DNA of 64,000 nt from the NCBI GenBank assembly GCA_016748015.1, contig JAAOMT010000710.1, forward strand, positions 62,001 through 126,000. The letters are read 5' to 3'. The notes under the pieces were generated by a model. It saw nothing but the letters and a program-made list of their open reading frames with translations, had not been told where the DNA came from and ran no database searches. Shown here one piece after another: positions 11,225 through 25,977 of this stretch. A program made the position numbers and the translations under genes. The number at the start of each line of letters is the position of its first letter. The first letter of the stretch is position 1. Source of the DNA: Geosiphon pyriformis uo1 (Eukaryota; Fungi; Glomeromycota).

Positions 11225-14200
11225 GTGGCGACTATTGGAACAATAGGAAAGAACCACTCCTCGTACAGAAAAGCACTATTTCAATATTTTCAAAAAGACC
11301 TAGGAATACCAGTAGAAACTACTTACGCAGAAAATAATTTTTGTAACTATATCAATGCAAAAATCAACTGCTTGTTAGGCCACACAACTGATACAGGAAG
11401 ACTTGGAAAACAAATCTATCAAAGCTTACTAGGATACTCAACAGCCACGACTACCCAAGCAATTGCTGAAACTCTGTGTATAATCGATATAGACATTAAA
11501 TATTACGTGGCACAACAATTCTCTCAAGTACAACAACCAGTGGAATCCAACTCTGAAGAATACGAAAACAAATCCAACAATCCTGTAACTGCTTAAGCCA
11601 AGTTCATGGTCAACAAAAAACCAAGAGTCCTCTTCTCAACAACTCCATCATACTATCAGACATCCCAAAGTAGAATTGTATTCAACCCACTCCTGGAAAC
11701 CCAGTCAGAAACACCACAAACTCCTGGAAATCCACATCCTTGGAATCAACACAGTTGGACCAAATCACTAGAAGAATATAAATCACTGTTTAGAAATCTT
11801 ACCCCAGCAGACGGTCAAACAGAAAGAAATCCGTCAACTTGAAAACAGCCACCAGCACAAAACCTAGCAGAATCAGCATCTCCTCTGATAGAAGAAACAG
11901 CTATCTTACAACTTATTGGTTCAAGTGACAAAGGAAAGCAACCAGCATTAGCACCCGGAGAACACTCGAATACGTGAACACCAATCCCTTTAAACATAAC
12001 CAGTAACACCCTACTCATTAACTAGATCATGGCTTACCGGAATATCACTAAATTAGAAAAATTTTCTGGTGAAGAAGATAATGCATATTCTTGGATCGTG
12101 GACGCCGAGAAAGCAATTACCGCTAATGGTTGGAATGACGATTACACAATTTAGGCACTACTGTTCTTTCTGACCAGAACTGCCGATTTATGGTATCAGA
12201 GCCTAGCAGAGAAGCCTACCTCCTTTACCAAGTTTAAACTCGCATTTCTACAATACTTCTGTGACCCCAATACGTTAATTCAATTGCAGAATCAATTCAG
12301 CATAATTAAACAAAAAGATCATAAAGCAGTAACTACTTATCTCGAATGATTTAATCAAATCCTGCGTCAAATATTAACTATTGAAAGGGACTACTACACC
12401 ACAGTGCAAGTTCTTAATCAATTCATTAAAGAATTGTGGAATGGTATTCTAAGATCCATAAGACCCTGCCATCCGACCAGTTTACAAAATGCCGTCGCTC
12501 TCGTTTGCGATTTTGAGTCTGCAGAACAAGAAGCAAACCATACCCAAGCTGTTAATTTAGCCATTAATGGAACCTCTGACATTGATGCAAAGATAACCCA
12601 ATTGAGTGAGAAACTAACTCAGAAAATTGAGGGATTCTTAGCCGGAACTACAGGAACTTACCAACCACCCCAATGGAAAGAAAATAACAACAACAGCAGA
12701 TACTCACAGCAACAGAACTGTCAGCAACAGCAACAACCTTGAAAATCCGATCCCCACAACTGTTACTACTGCCAGAAACCTGGACACATTGCCTGTGACT
12801 GCAGAAGGAAGATCATGGACCAAAATCAAGGAAACTCATACCAGCAATCCAGATATCAGCAAAACATGATACCCCAATATTTTATATCTCAGAATCAACT
12901 ACCCCTATATGCACAACAAGTCCCGTATACTCAACCACCACCCCAGAATTATTATCAACTACCACCAATGACACAAGCAATCCCTCACTATCAAACTTCC
13001 CCTTACAGCCCATCCAGACCTCGAGCTATAGACTATAATCAGGAATGGAAGAATCCCAACAACAATTAGGTACAAACCAACAGTAGACCATCTCGACCAA
13101 TCCCTCACAGTCCTGTCCAATCTCGACCAACACTAACTGGATACCCGAATCAAGCTTTCTATTTCAGTCTTATGGAAGACCAGAGTTTTGATAAATCTAC
13201 ACCTGTAGAAGGGGGGGATATAGAACAAATCTTTCAACCTTCCAAGCAAACAAAAAGCAATATCTCATCAGCCACTATTACTGAAGACACCATTCTAGCC
13301 ACCATATTTTCTTTTGACATCAATAATTTGAATACCCATAGCCTTTTTAGTGGAGCAGCCATCAATCAGGATAAACCAATAATGGCCCTATACACTAATA
13401 CCAGAGTTGGAAGAATAGACATTAAATTAATCTTAGATAGTGGATCAGCTGGTAGCATAATCACGAAGCAGCTCATGGACCAACTAGGTCACCGAGTAGA
13501 CCGTGCTGCTACCATCCAGATTATTACAGCGGATGGAAACACAAAACCCCAATAGGAGAAATTGACAACTTCCCCTTCGAGATTAATGGAATCCAAATCT
13601 CTACCAAAGTACTCATCATAGAAGCTACTCAATATTAAGCTCTAGTAGGAAACAACTGGTTGTCAAAAATCAATGCTACTCTCAACTGGAACACCCAAGA
13701 ACTTCAACTTACGTTTAACGAATAGCATGCCTGAGTTCCAGCTACATATGGACACTTTAAAACCCAATGTACCGAGGAACCCCTTATTAAATTCAAAGAC
13801 ACATCAATGCCACCAACTATCAAGACCTATCAGGTTTCATGGGTGGATAATTATCGAATTGAACTACCTCTACCACCAACCTGGGAAGAAAAAGGAAAAG
13901 GCAGAGCCAAAGAAGAACCCCAATCGTCATCACTAGAATACGTAACCTCGGACCAAAAAAACTTATTTTACCAACCCCCAAGACTAATATGTGTTGATTG
14001 TGGAAAAAAACTATTCACTATGGGCACATGTATTGGGAACAACAAAGAATGGCCCATCACCACTAAATACTATTGCAGACTTTGTTTACTGGAAAAATTT
14101 GGACAACTAAAACAACAAGGCAAGTGAAACAACATATCATGCCTTACATATGGCAAAATCTTGCCAGATGAAGGACTTTGGAATGATGTGCCTGGCAAAG

Positions 14201-16085
14201 GAGGAACATGCGACAAGGCTTGTCAATACACCATATTAATCAACGATTGGGTACAAAAGGGAACCTCCATCAAGGATGCTTGGAAATGAGCCCTCAACAG
14301 ACTGGACAGTTATCCACATGATGACCACAAAATCTGGAGAATGACAAGCACCAAGGCTGAAGGCACCATGTCCAAAGAAATATGAGAAATCAAGAACAAC
14401 TCTTGGATGCCCAAATATGATAGACCCAACTATTCCGAAAATGATTTCTTTACAGATGACCCAGACACATTTCAGAACTGATATCAGGAATTGGCCCCAA
14501 CTCATAAAGAACAGGAGCAAAGATTGGCCAATTTAAATACCAAACTGTGCGATCACTGTTTGATCCCCTGTTACTTCCAGTACTGTAACAAATGTGATCT
14601 CATGTTCAATCCATCTCCAAGAATACTGTTTCTAATCACTGAACTACTTGAGCCCAAAAAAGAAGTATTAATCACCGAGAACATGTTGTTTCAAGATCCA
14701 ACTGAGAATACCAAAACAGAACAATATCTCGTGTATTCCAACCTATCCAAAAAACTAGAGCTAAAATGGTATAGTGACAATGAAGAAGGAATCTGCCCTG
14801 AAAAAGTGCATGACACCAATGCTGGTTTCGATCTACGATACTCCAGATAATTACCCATTATTATAGCCCCACATTCCTTTGTAAAAATAGATCTTAAGAT
14901 AGTGTTAGAAATTCTTGTTAGTACAATGGTACAAGTTGTCTCTCGATCTAGTCTAGCCAAAAAAGGAATCGACATAAAAGGAAAAATCATCAATGCTGGT
15001 TACATGGGAAACATTATTGTGATGCTACAGAACAATTCGAACAGACCCTATAAAATAGAATCACAAGAAAAAATTGCCCAAGCTATCTTCCTACCCCTAG
15101 TCAAAATACTCCAATTAACTCCAATAACAACTTGAGAAAAGTTAGGCCTCACTGCCTGAGAAATCAATGGGTTTGGATTAAGTGGAAGAGAAAACATACC
15201 AGTTAATTTCTCGGAGGAAGACAGTGACCAGGTAGAATTTATCAACACTGACACCATTATCTCCATTCCCCTATACTGACAATACATCCTCAAGATAAAT
15301 CAAAAGATTCAAGATCAAGCCCTGTTATTCGAAGCCAGTCCCAAAATCTGTTCTCTAGCCAATGTTGCTAATCTATACCTACCAGCCAAAGCTCATAAAC
15401 ACTTCAAAATCTCTATCCACAACTTGACAAAAAATGTCATTGAAATCTCCGAAAGGACCCTCATTGGTTCTATATCTGCAGATATTCAGAATTCTGAAAA
15501 AACCCAGTTTATTCCAAATTTTGCACAATTATTCTTATTCTGTGACATTACTTCACAAGTATGGAATTTCCCAAAAGAAAGTTACTTGTTCACACCAGAG
15601 GAGATCAATAAATTGAATTTAGGAAATTTAAGTATACTGCAACAAATACAACTCAAAGTCCTTCTAAATCAGTATGTTGATGTCTTTGCCAGTGAAAATG
15701 AGTTCGGATGCACTGATATTGTGAAGCATCAGATTGATACGGGAGACGCTCGACCGATTAAGCAATGAGTTTACCGCATACCCCCATCTGGCAATAACCT
15801 AATTAAGCAAAAAGTGTAATGGATGCTTAATAACAGCCTAATCAAAGAATTGTTAAGCCTTTGGTTCTCTCCAGTAGTCTTGGTCACCAAGAAAAACGGA
15901 AAAGTGCAATTCTGTGTAAATTATCGAAAACTAAAATAGCATCATGCGAGGAGATAGTTATTCCACTCCTCTCATCCAGGAAATTCTGGACAATCTAGGG
16001 AAAAAGAAATGGTTCTTGTTATTAGATTTAGCAAGTGGTTACTGGCAAGTTGAAATGAACCCCAAAGACAAAGGAAAAACAGTAT
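11225..16085 (+). pseudogene. Element A gag-pol, 5' part (gag, CCHC, protease, Cys-rich domain, dUTPase, start of RT)
   Basis: KLEKFSGEED capsid start, CYYCQKPGHIACDC, LILDSGS protease, AGFDL/SRSSLA/KIAQ dUTPase motifs, LDLASGYWQV; many stops. Confidence 0.93.
14790..15185 (+). pseudogene. dUTPase domain in element A pol
   Basis: Motifs AGFDL, SRSS, IINAGYMG, KIAQ, GFG. Confidence 0.9.
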
Positions 16086-17066
16086 TGTTACCAGACAAAA
16101 TTAGAGATATTGTTTAGCATGAAATTACCTTTATAAATTTTATCATTAATTAGCATATATTATTGTTTTAAATTATCACTTATTACATTAGCAAAATGTC
16201 CGAAATTATCATTTAATTAATAACTCAATTTGCACATAACACAAATATAACCTAAGTGCAATAATCAAATCATACAATACCCCGAAATATGTAACATTCA
16301 AAAGTTTGCCAAAATTTGTAGAAATTTGCTGAAATAATTGATAGTTCACCAAAATATCTAATAGTTCGCAGAAATAACTTGTAGTTTGCCGAAATGTATC
16401 TTTAGTTCAGTAAAATTGTAGAAAAAAAGCAAAGTTCAAGTTCATAGAATAGTGTTACAACAAGTTGTATAAAAGAAGAGCTTCTCTCTTCGAAAAAATA
16501 TATCTTACTTTAGATTTATTACTTAGAACTATTTCTACACACACAAAAAAAAATAAATATCAAATAATTTGAAAAACCAAATTCTTTAATTATTGCACTT
16601 GGAAGATTCTCAAAACCCAACTAATGTTTTGAAATTGATTAGCTACCAATTTCAGTAAACTGTTAGTGACTCCAGGCCTGGATAGAAAACGTTTCCCTTA
16701 ACAGAATTCTATTTCTTTTACATTTCTTTTATTTTTTTTTTCTTTTCTTATTACAATCATTAGGGTAGCCTACAGACAAGATTCCTGTAGAAAAATTGAC
16801 TTTCACAGCAAAGTAACTACACATTTTTAGTGAGCTTCCAGATGAGCAATTCCTGGAAAAAAGTTGACATTTACTACAATGTAACTATATAAAGTAACTG
16901 GCAAAGAATTGGCCATTCCACTTATAAGCCCAGTAGTTCAAATTATAGGAGATAATTTGAAAATAAATTCAGTTACTGGAGGTTCAACTACTTCCTGGAA
17001 ATGTGAATTCACAGCAAATCAACATCAACAATATTCAAGAAAAGAGACCAAAAACCTCCGGTAACA
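16086..17066 (+). repeat. Element B 5' LTR (981 bp)
   Basis: TGTTACC...GGTAACA; direct repeat of 24998-25977. Confidence 0.95.
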
Positions 17067-17111
17067 TTTGGTGCTCTCCCACAAAAATAACACAGCAACA
17101 ACAAATTCAAA

Positions 17112-20100
17112 GTGGCAACCACATCAGACACAACAACTCTAGAGTATTACCAGTCAATTTACACCCACTGCAAGCAAATATTCAACATTCCAGACAGAAT
17201 TGAAGTTGTCAAGAAATCAGTATACCAATACATTGAAAACCGCATCAACAATTATTTTTTTGAAAACTACAATATCTCAGAAGTTAGAAGCAATCTTTAC
17301 AATAATTTAGCACACTATTCACAGTTGAGAACTGAAGACCTTAACAGTGAAACACTTGCCACTTACTTTTAAGAACTTAATTTTAACATTATCAAGTACT
17401 GTGAAGAAACATATCTAGTGCAGTCTTAATACTCTATTGATTTTGAATTAGAAACAGAAACAAGCAACAAAGGCAAACACAATTTGAAACAATACTCAAA
17501 AACCATCCCAAATACTCCAATACTACCAAAGACAACTGCCAAACACTTACAAACACCTGAACAAGGAACCAGTTCAAAACTCCCACTTACTATTACACCT
17601 TTTTCAGCTTTATTTGTACAAGCACAAACACCTAATTCACTCTTGAATTGATTTGCAAGACCAGAAGATTTTACATTACTCAGAAGTCCCACCAGACAGC
17701 AAGAACTCCTTCAAACTAGTTCCAATCTTCTTGACTTTCTAGCTGAAAATCAAAGTGAACACTCTGAGACAGCAATGAATAAAGAAAACAACTCTGAAAT
17801 AACTGAAGAGGAATCAATAGACAGTGAAAACAAAGAAGACAAAATGACAACATACATTGCAAAAATCTCTGAATTCAATGGAGAAAACATTGAGACCAGT
17901 CCCCAAGAATGGCTTGACCAAGTTACTAAAGCTGAAGATGCAAATGGATGGAATGCTGCCAGAATGTTAAGAACAATTCCCTACTTTCTCAAAAGAACAG
18001 CAGGAGAATAATTTAAAAACTTGGCTGCTCTATTCAATGATTGGGACACTTTCAAAGCAGTCTTCCTTAAACAGTTCACTAACAATAATACCTTTATCAC
18101 TCTTCGAAATCGGTTTCACAATATCAAACAAGAATCCTCCGAATTTGTTATGACTTATATTGGGAAATTCAACAAACTTCTCAGACAAATTCGCCAACTT
18201 GAAACTAATGATTATTATTCCAATGCTCAAATCTTGGATCAATTTATTGCTGGTTTAAAAAATAAACTGATTAAAAAGGTTTACCCACATGCCCTAGAAG
18301 ATTTAAATTCTGCCATTCAGCATGCAAAGAGATATAAAATGGCCATGGAAGAAGCCAATTGTACAAAACTCATGAACTTAGCCATTGAAGAAACCAGCTC
18401 AGCAGCTGAAGAGAAAATTGACCAACTTGTAAAAAAAGTCGAAAACTATTTCATCAACCAACAACAACAGCAACCCCAAAGATATCAACCACCAAAAACA
18501 GAATCAAAACAACTTCACATCACCTTCTAATAACCAGTCTCAGAGTTGCCATTACTATGAAATTCCTGGCCACTGGAAAAGAGATTGCAGAAAGCTACAA
18601 CAAGACCAACAAAATAGAAGTAATCAACATTACTCTCCACCACAGCAATCTTATTATCAACCACCACCACCAGCCTACTATCTACCAAGACCCCAATATC
18701 AAAGTAACTATTATCAGCCTGTTCCACAGCCAATCCAACAGCAATACCAACAACCATCCACACAACATTATCAAGTGTCTGCTCGAAGATTAATCCCACA
18801 AAATCAATTTACACCACAAAACTGATACCAAGTAAACAACAATAGAATTAATTCGAATAACCAATTAGTTCCCTGAAATTCAGCTCAGCCAAGACCCACT
18901 CATTATCATACTCAACCTAGCTATCTTATAATACCTGAAGAACAGGATTTTCACCATACTACACCCTTGGAAGATAGAACTGCAGCATGACAACAAAACC
19001 CTTTCTATACTCCTACCACAATTCCACCAGCCAGAATTGCTGAAAATGCCAACCTCTCAGACATATTCCCTTTTGAGTTTGAAGCAAATGAGTCACTATT
19101 TCTGCTTAGCAATGTGGCCACCAATGAACAAAAAGCAATTACTGCTATGTACACTGAAACAGAAGTCAAAAGAAAGGCAATTTGCTTGATCCTAGACAAT
19201 GGATCTACCAGAAGCATTATCACCTACCAGTTAATACAACAGTTAAAGAGAAATGTTGACTGACCAGCTCAAACAGTAATCGTTACTGCCAATGGCATGA
19301 AAAAGATTCCAGTAGGAGAAATTGACAATTTTCTATTCACTCTTGATGGAATTACCATTCCAGTCAAAGTTTTTGTAATAGATGTGCCCCAGTACCAAGC
19401 TCTTGTTGGAAATGATTGGCTTTAAAAAGCCAATGCTAATCTGAATTGGGAGACACAAGAGTTAAAAATCTCCTATCAAGAACAACACGCCCAGGTACCT
19501 GCCACTTGTAGTACATTCAACAAATGCTCCGAAAAAGCCCCAGTTTTTGAATTCGAACTAGAAGAAGAAAAGCCCATCATTGAAACATTTATGGCACTTG
19601 GATCAACCTCCAATTGGGCCAATGAAACTGAACAACAGTATTTTTCAACAAATGATTCTTCTGAAACAAAAGAACTAGTGACAACCGGATGGAATGTCCC
19701 CTATTCAAAACCAGAAGCATGAAAACAATGCCCCTATATTCCACTCAAATGCAAGGACTGCCACAAGAAACTCTCATCAATGGGAGCCTGCATTTTACCT
19801 GAAGAAGAATATAAAAATCATACTTGTTATTACTGCAAGGCTTGCTATAGAGAATGATAGGGCCATCTAATAAAAAGAAGTGGAAAATAGGATAACACTC
19901 TTTGTTTGACTTGTGGAGATATGCTATTGGAAGAATGCAATTGGATTGATATAGCAATGAGAGGGGAAGTCTGCGATCAAACCTGCCAATATGCTTTATC
20001 AATTTCAGAAAAAGTAAAAAGAGGAACACCCTTTAATGCAGCATACAACAGTGCTCTCAACAAACTTTATCACTACTCCCATGATGCTGAAATGATTTTT

Positions 20101-22721
20101 GACCTAGCAATAGCATTAATTAATAGAGCTACCAAAGAAGATGTCCGTCAAATAAAGAAAGCAAAATACATTAAATACATCATGGAATTAGCTGGATTCG
20201 ATTATGAAGATGAAGTAGAAGTCTACCACCAAATTGCAAGTCACATCTACTCAACTCAAGAAGCTCAAATTCAATGATTAGAGCAAATAAATATTAGGTT
20301 ATGTAAAGAATGCATTATGCCTTGTAATGAACAGTGGTGTCCTGAATGCTATGCTCTTAGCATTCTTCTGCTCAGTAAAAACAATGAGAACGAAATTGAA
20401 TTTGAAGAACCTGAAGCAACGAAAAAAATTGAAACAACACCCATCTATCTTGTTGAAAATCAGCCTGTCTTATAACTCAAATACTTTAACAACAATGGAC
20501 AAGGAATCAAACTCGAAAAAGCACACGAAATTGATGCTAGATATGACCTAAGATATTCAGACAAGAATACTCTTGTTCTCAAACCCAAATTTCTCACAAA
20601 AATCAATCTCAAAATTGCACCCGAAATCCCACCAGGAGCAATGGTTCAAATTGTCTCCTGGTCTTTTCTGGCAAGCAAAGAAATCAATGTTAGAGGAGGA
20701 ATAATCAATGGTGGATATACTGGAGACATTACAGTGATGTTTCAAAATGAAACTGACAAACCATTCAAAATCAAACATGCTGAAAAAATTGCCCAAGCTA
20801 TTTACTTACCCCTAATCAACATTTTGGGTTTGCAACTAGTCAATCAAAGAGAACAATTAGGAAAAAACAATAAAAAAACCCAAGATTTTGGTTCAACTGG
20901 ACAATTCACAATTCCAGTTAATATAGCTCTTAACACACAGAACAAATCCCACCAGATTCTTAGACTTCCACAACCAATTATTATCTTACCCTTTGAAGAA
21001 CATCCAGAAATCTACATCTGCCCAAAGCCAACAACCACACAACAAATTTTTGAGTCCAATGAACAAGTCTGCTTGGAACATAATATTTTGATCCCAAACA
21101 TTTATATTCCAGAAGGAACAAAGAAAGTCCAAGTTACTTTTTACAATCCCAATAATTACTCCATAGTTTTATTAAATAATTTAGATATCAGAGTTATTCA
21201 CAGTAATATATTTCAGCAAGAATTACCTCAAACAGTCCCCGATTTTTCTGAAATTATTGGACATTCACTACCAAAAATCAACCCAAACCCCAGCTCTGAA
21301 AACTACCATGTTGTTATGGAAAAACTATTTTGAATCAACATGGAACAACTTGAACCACAACAACAAAACCAGCTCAAAGAGCTAATTGCAGAATTTGCTG
21401 ATATCTTTGCCAAAAACAACAATGACTTAGGAAAAACCGATTTGGTTCAACATTAAATCTACACAGGAGATGCTAAACTGAGATGACAACAAGCCTACTG
21501 AGTTGCTCCAAAAAGCCACCAATTTATCCAAGAAGAAGTACAACAAATGCCTCCATGAGTCCTTGGGCTTCACCTGTAGTGCTAATTAAAAAGAAAAATA
21601 GAAAAATACAATTTTGTGTTGACTATTGACAACTCAACAATGTTACAATTAGAGATGCCTACCCTCTTCCCCAAATTGATGACATGTTAGATGCCCTTGG
21701 AAAATCCAAATATTTTTCAATACTAGATTTAGAAAGCGGTTACTGGCAAGTTGCTATGGATCTCAAAGATCGCCCCAAAACAGCATTTACCACCCAAGGC
21801 AGAAATTACGAGTTCAACATAATGCCTTTCGGATTATGTAATGTACCAGCAATGTTTCAGAGATTAATGGATGTTGTGTACCAAGGACTCTTTTGGAAGT
21901 CAGTAGTCGTTTATCTTAATGATACTGATGTTTATTCTTTATCATTCGAATTACACTTAAAACACCTGTGAAAAGTTTTTCAATAATTATGAAAAGCAGG
22001 ACTAAAACTCAACATTGAAAAATGCTACTTTAAAAAAACAAGCTTGGCCTTTCTTGGTTATATTGTTAGTAAAGATGGAATCAAACCAGACTCTGGAAAA
22101 ATCAGTGCTGTCAAAAACTTCAAAACTCCTCGAAACACTACAGAACTAAGAGGATTCATAGGATTAGCCTCCTACTATCGGAAGTTTATTAAAAAATTCT
22201 CAGAAATTGCAAAACCTTTCAACCAGCTTACCACTAAAAATGTCAAATACAAATAGATTACTGAATGCCAAAATGCATTTAAAATCCTCAAAAAAAAACT
22301 AACAACAGCTTCAATTCTCACCTACCCAGATTTCAGCAACCAATTCTGATTAGCAACAGATACATCTTATACTGCCTTTGGTACTATCCTATCACAACTG
22401 GATGACAATGGAAATGAGCAAGTAATTGCCTATACTAGCAGAACATTAAAACCAGCTGAAAAAAATTATTCTGCCACTGAATTGGAAACAGCAGCTGTAA
22501 TTTGGGCCCTATATCATTTCAACCTTTATCTCCGGCCAAAGAAATTCGATATTATCACTGATAATATTGGACTCAAATAGCTTCAAAACAAAAATACTCA
22601 GCTAAATGCAAAACAAACCTGATGGACAGGATTTCTAGCAAACTATCGATACATAGTACATTACAAACCAGGAAAACTCCACACCAATGTTAACTGTTTC
22701 TCCAGAATGAGACAAGATTAG
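17112..22721 (+). pseudogene. Element B gag-pol (gag, protease, Cys-rich domain, dUTPase, RT, RNase H)
   Basis: YIAKISEFNGE, LILDNGS, GGIINGGYTG/KIAQ/DFGSTG, LDLESGYWQV, MPFGL, VVYLND, ends SRMRQD*. Confidence 0.93.
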
Positions 22722-22772
22722 AAAACACAAAAACCAACACTCAACTTAACCAACCAAAACAGCCAACAAACA

Positions 22773-24158
22773 ATGAATTCGGAAAACTACAACAATCTCA
22801 AACAATATTTGGAAATATTAACAATCCCAACAGATTGGTTTCCAGATGAAAAACATCAACTACAATAACAAGCCAAATAATATTTTCTACACAACAACAT
22901 TATTTATCATTGAAATTTCAAAAACCCAGACAAACCACTTAGATTAATACAAGAACAGAAAAAAGAAACCATATTATACAACATGCACTCAAATCCTTCA
23001 TTAGCACACTTTGGAAAAGACAACACCACCCAAAGAACATGAGAATACTACTTTTGGCCTCAAATAAGAAAAAACATTCACAAATATGTCGAATCTTGTA
23101 ATAGTTGTTAAAGAAGAGGAGGAACACATCCTACTGAACCATTAAATCTGATTAAAGTTGGACAACCCTTTGACTGGGTTGGTATCAATTTAGTTGGACC
23201 ACTATCTATCACCATGTAAGAAAACCATTATATTGCAGTAGCTGTAGACTATCTTACTAAATGGCCCGAAGCCAGAGCCATTCAATGAGCAGATGCGAAA
23301 TCAGTAGTAAATTTTATCTACAAAGACATCATTTGTAGACATGGATGTCCAATTAAACTTTTATTCGATCAAGGGACACATTTTGTGAACAACCTGATAC
23401 AAAAAATTTGCGAACAATTCAATGTCAAAAGACCTCTGTCTTCACCCTACCATCCACAAACAAATGGACTTGTGGAACATTTTAACAGAACATTATGTAA
23501 GTCATTAGCCAAAGTCTCAACCAATTTTGAGCAAGAGTGGGATATCTTTATTCCATCAGTGTTACTAGCATACAGAACACTAAAACAAGATACCACAAAA
23601 CACACACCATTTGATCTAACTTATGGAAGGACAGCAATATTACCAATTAGTTTTACAATAGAAACATACCCAGCACAACCAATCGATAAAAACAATTTCC
23701 AGGAAATGCTTCAATGAAGAGCCTACACGCTTCTTAGCACATTGGAAGAAAGATGACGAAGAGCAGCCACCTATATTGAACACTTCCAAACTCAACAAAA
23801 AGAACGGCATGACAACAAATTGCCTTCAGTTACCAATAATTTTAAAGTTGGAAACAAAGTTCTCCTACACAGAACTAAAGCTAAAAAACAATGGAGTGGA
23901 AAATTTGAAAATAAATGGGATGGACCATTCTTTATCCATGAAATACTAGGCAATAGATCATACAAGTTAAGACTTGATGACAAAATCCTAGCAAAAGTTG
24001 CACATAGAGATCATTTAAAACACTATTATTCCAAAAACAATCCTGAACCATTAATTCCACAAATTGGTACACATTCCCTTTTAGTCAATCCTGAAGATAT
24101 TCTCTGAAACTTAGAACCAATAGTTGTCATTGAACAACCATTCAACTTAAACACTTAA
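22773..24158 (+). pseudogene. Element B integrase (separate ORF)
   Basis: Starts MNSENYNNLKQYL; HHCC, DYLTKWPEA, YHPQTNGLVE, KWDGPF (GPY/F module), tail LEPIVVIE. Confidence 0.9.
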
Positions 24159-24309
24159 TTTAATTTTACTAGTTATTCCCTTATAATTTAAAAAATAACT
24201 TCACAAAAACAAAACAAAACAAAACAAAACACACTGAAAGACAAAAATAACATAAAAATCTACATACCAAAAATAATTTTAATCTATTTTTCTCACTCAA
24301 ATTTTTATA

Positions 24310-25029
24310 ATGACTATCCCTCAAAATATTCAACAAATATCTCAAAAATTAATGCTAACTTTAAAGACAATACCTGAATTATCTATCACTATTACAGGAA
24401 AACATATTAATTATACCCAAACAGAAATAGTTGCCAATTTAGCCCCAAATTCACAAAATTATCACCCCTACAAAAAAAACACAAAAAGTTACTCTGGAAT
24501 TCAACTACCAGAACTTTTGAAGCTTGCTTTAAAAGAAAATTTAATGTTCACTCCTATTAGTATTCTACCAAATGCTACTATTCAACAAAAACTTCAACTG
24601 TGTCTTAATGAAGAAAACCATGATTATACTCCAATATATAGATATTTCTACATTGGAAAAACACTTCATGAACAAAAACGGGAGCTTACAGCAGCAAACC
24701 TCACAAAAGAAGCTATTCAAAAACAACTTCACAACGAATTCAAAACAACAGCTGGACCTACAAACAGTTATTATAAATTAAGAGCTGTTCTTAGACTTTA
24801 TAACCTATTTCACACCTGTGAAAACGTCTTACAAAACCCAATTTTACAGTCTTTGAAGATTCAATACATTGGAAAGCTCACAGAACTGAAATTTCAACAA
24901 TTTTCAGACCAAATTTCTTCAATAATTTTGGATTATTATCTGGAAATTATGGACAGTACTTGGACTTTGATGGAGCTCAGTCTTGAAGAGAAGGTTATGT
25001 TACCAGACAAAATTAGAGATATTGTTTAG
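24310..25029 (+). CDS. Element B ORF3, unknown protein (probable ancestral stop at 24986)
   Basis: 239-aa open frame homologous to ORF3 of A, C, D and E; the DFDGAQS* end shared with other copies lies in a shifted frame. Confidence 0.8.
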   Translation: MTIPQNIQQISQKLMLTLKTIPELSITITGKHINYTQTEIVANLAPNSQNYHPYKKNTKSYSGIQLPELLKLALKENLMFTPISILPNATIQQKLQLCLNEENHDYTPIYRYFYIGKTLHEQKRELTAANLTKEAIQKQLHNEFKTTAGPTNSYYKLRAVLRLYNLFHTCENVLQNPILQSLKIQYIGKLTELKFQQFSDQISSIILDYYLEIMDSTWTLMELSLEEKVMLPDKIRDIV

Positions 25030-25977
25030 CATGAAATTACCCTTATAAATCTTATCATTAATTAGCATATATTATCGTTTCAAATTATCACTTATTACAT
25101 TAGCAAAATATCTGAAATTATTATTTAATTAATAACCCAATTTGTACATAACACAAATGTAACCTAAGTGCAATGATCAATCATGCAATACCCTGAAATA
25201 TGTAACATTCAAAAGTTTGCTGAAATTTGTAGAAATTTGTAGAAATAATTAATAGTTCACCAAAATATCTAATAGTTTGCAGAAATAACTTGTAGTTCAC
25301 CGAAATGTATCTTTAGTTCAGCGAAATTGTAGAAAAAAAGCAAAGTTCAAATTCATAGAATAGTGTTACAACAAGTTGTATAAAAGAAGAGCTTCTTTCT
25401 TTGAGAAAATGTATCTTACTTTAGATTTATCACTTAGAATCATTCCTACACACACAAAAAAAAATAAATATCAAATAATTCAAAAAACCAAATTCTTTAA
25501 TTATTGCACTTGGAAGATCCTCAAAACCCAACTAACATTTTGAAATTGATTAGCTACCAATTTCAGTAAACTGTTAGTGACTCCAGACCTGGATAAAAAA
25601 CGTTTCCCTTAACAAAATTCTATTTCTTTTACATTTCTTTTATTTTTCTTTTCTTTTCTTATTACAATCATTAGAATAGTCTACAGATGAGATTCCTGTA
25701 GAAGAGTTGACTTTCACAGCAAAGTAACTACACATTTTTAGTGAGCTTCTAGACAAGCAATTCCTGGGAAAGAGTTGATGTTTACTACAACGTAACTATA
25801 TAAAGTAACTGGCAAGAAATTGGCCATTCCACTTATAAGCCCAGCAGTTCAAATTATAGGAGATAATTTGAAGATAAATTCAGTTACTGAAGGTTCAACT
25901 ACTTCCTGGAAACGTGAATTTACAGCAAATCAACATCAACAATATTCAAGAAAAAAGACCAAAAACCTCCAGTAACA
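24998..25977 (+). repeat. Element B 3' LTR (980 bp)
   Basis: Direct repeat of 16086-17066, preceded by PPT. Confidence 0.95.

Larger units (their letters stand above)
16086..25977 (+). mobile_element. Ty3/gypsy LTR retrotransposon B, inserted in the RT of A
   Basis: LTRs 16086-17066 and 24998-25977; splits A's KTAFTT motif; TSD GTAT (16082-85) / GCGT (25978-81); PBS TTTGGTGCTCTCCC; PPT GAAGAGAAGG. Confidence 0.95.

Noticed and set aside
18655-18685. PPAY late-domain-like motif in B Gag
   Set aside because: Lies in P/Q/Y low-complexity sequence and is not conserved in the other elements.
24961-25029. ORF3 of B reading into the 3' LTR like HIV nef
   Set aside because: The DFDGAQS* end shared with the other copies is present in a shifted frame, so a 1-nt indel explains the overlap.
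24310-25029. ORF3 as an envelope gene
   Set aside because: Too short and hydrophilic; no signal peptide, furin site plus fusion peptide, or transmembrane anchor visible.
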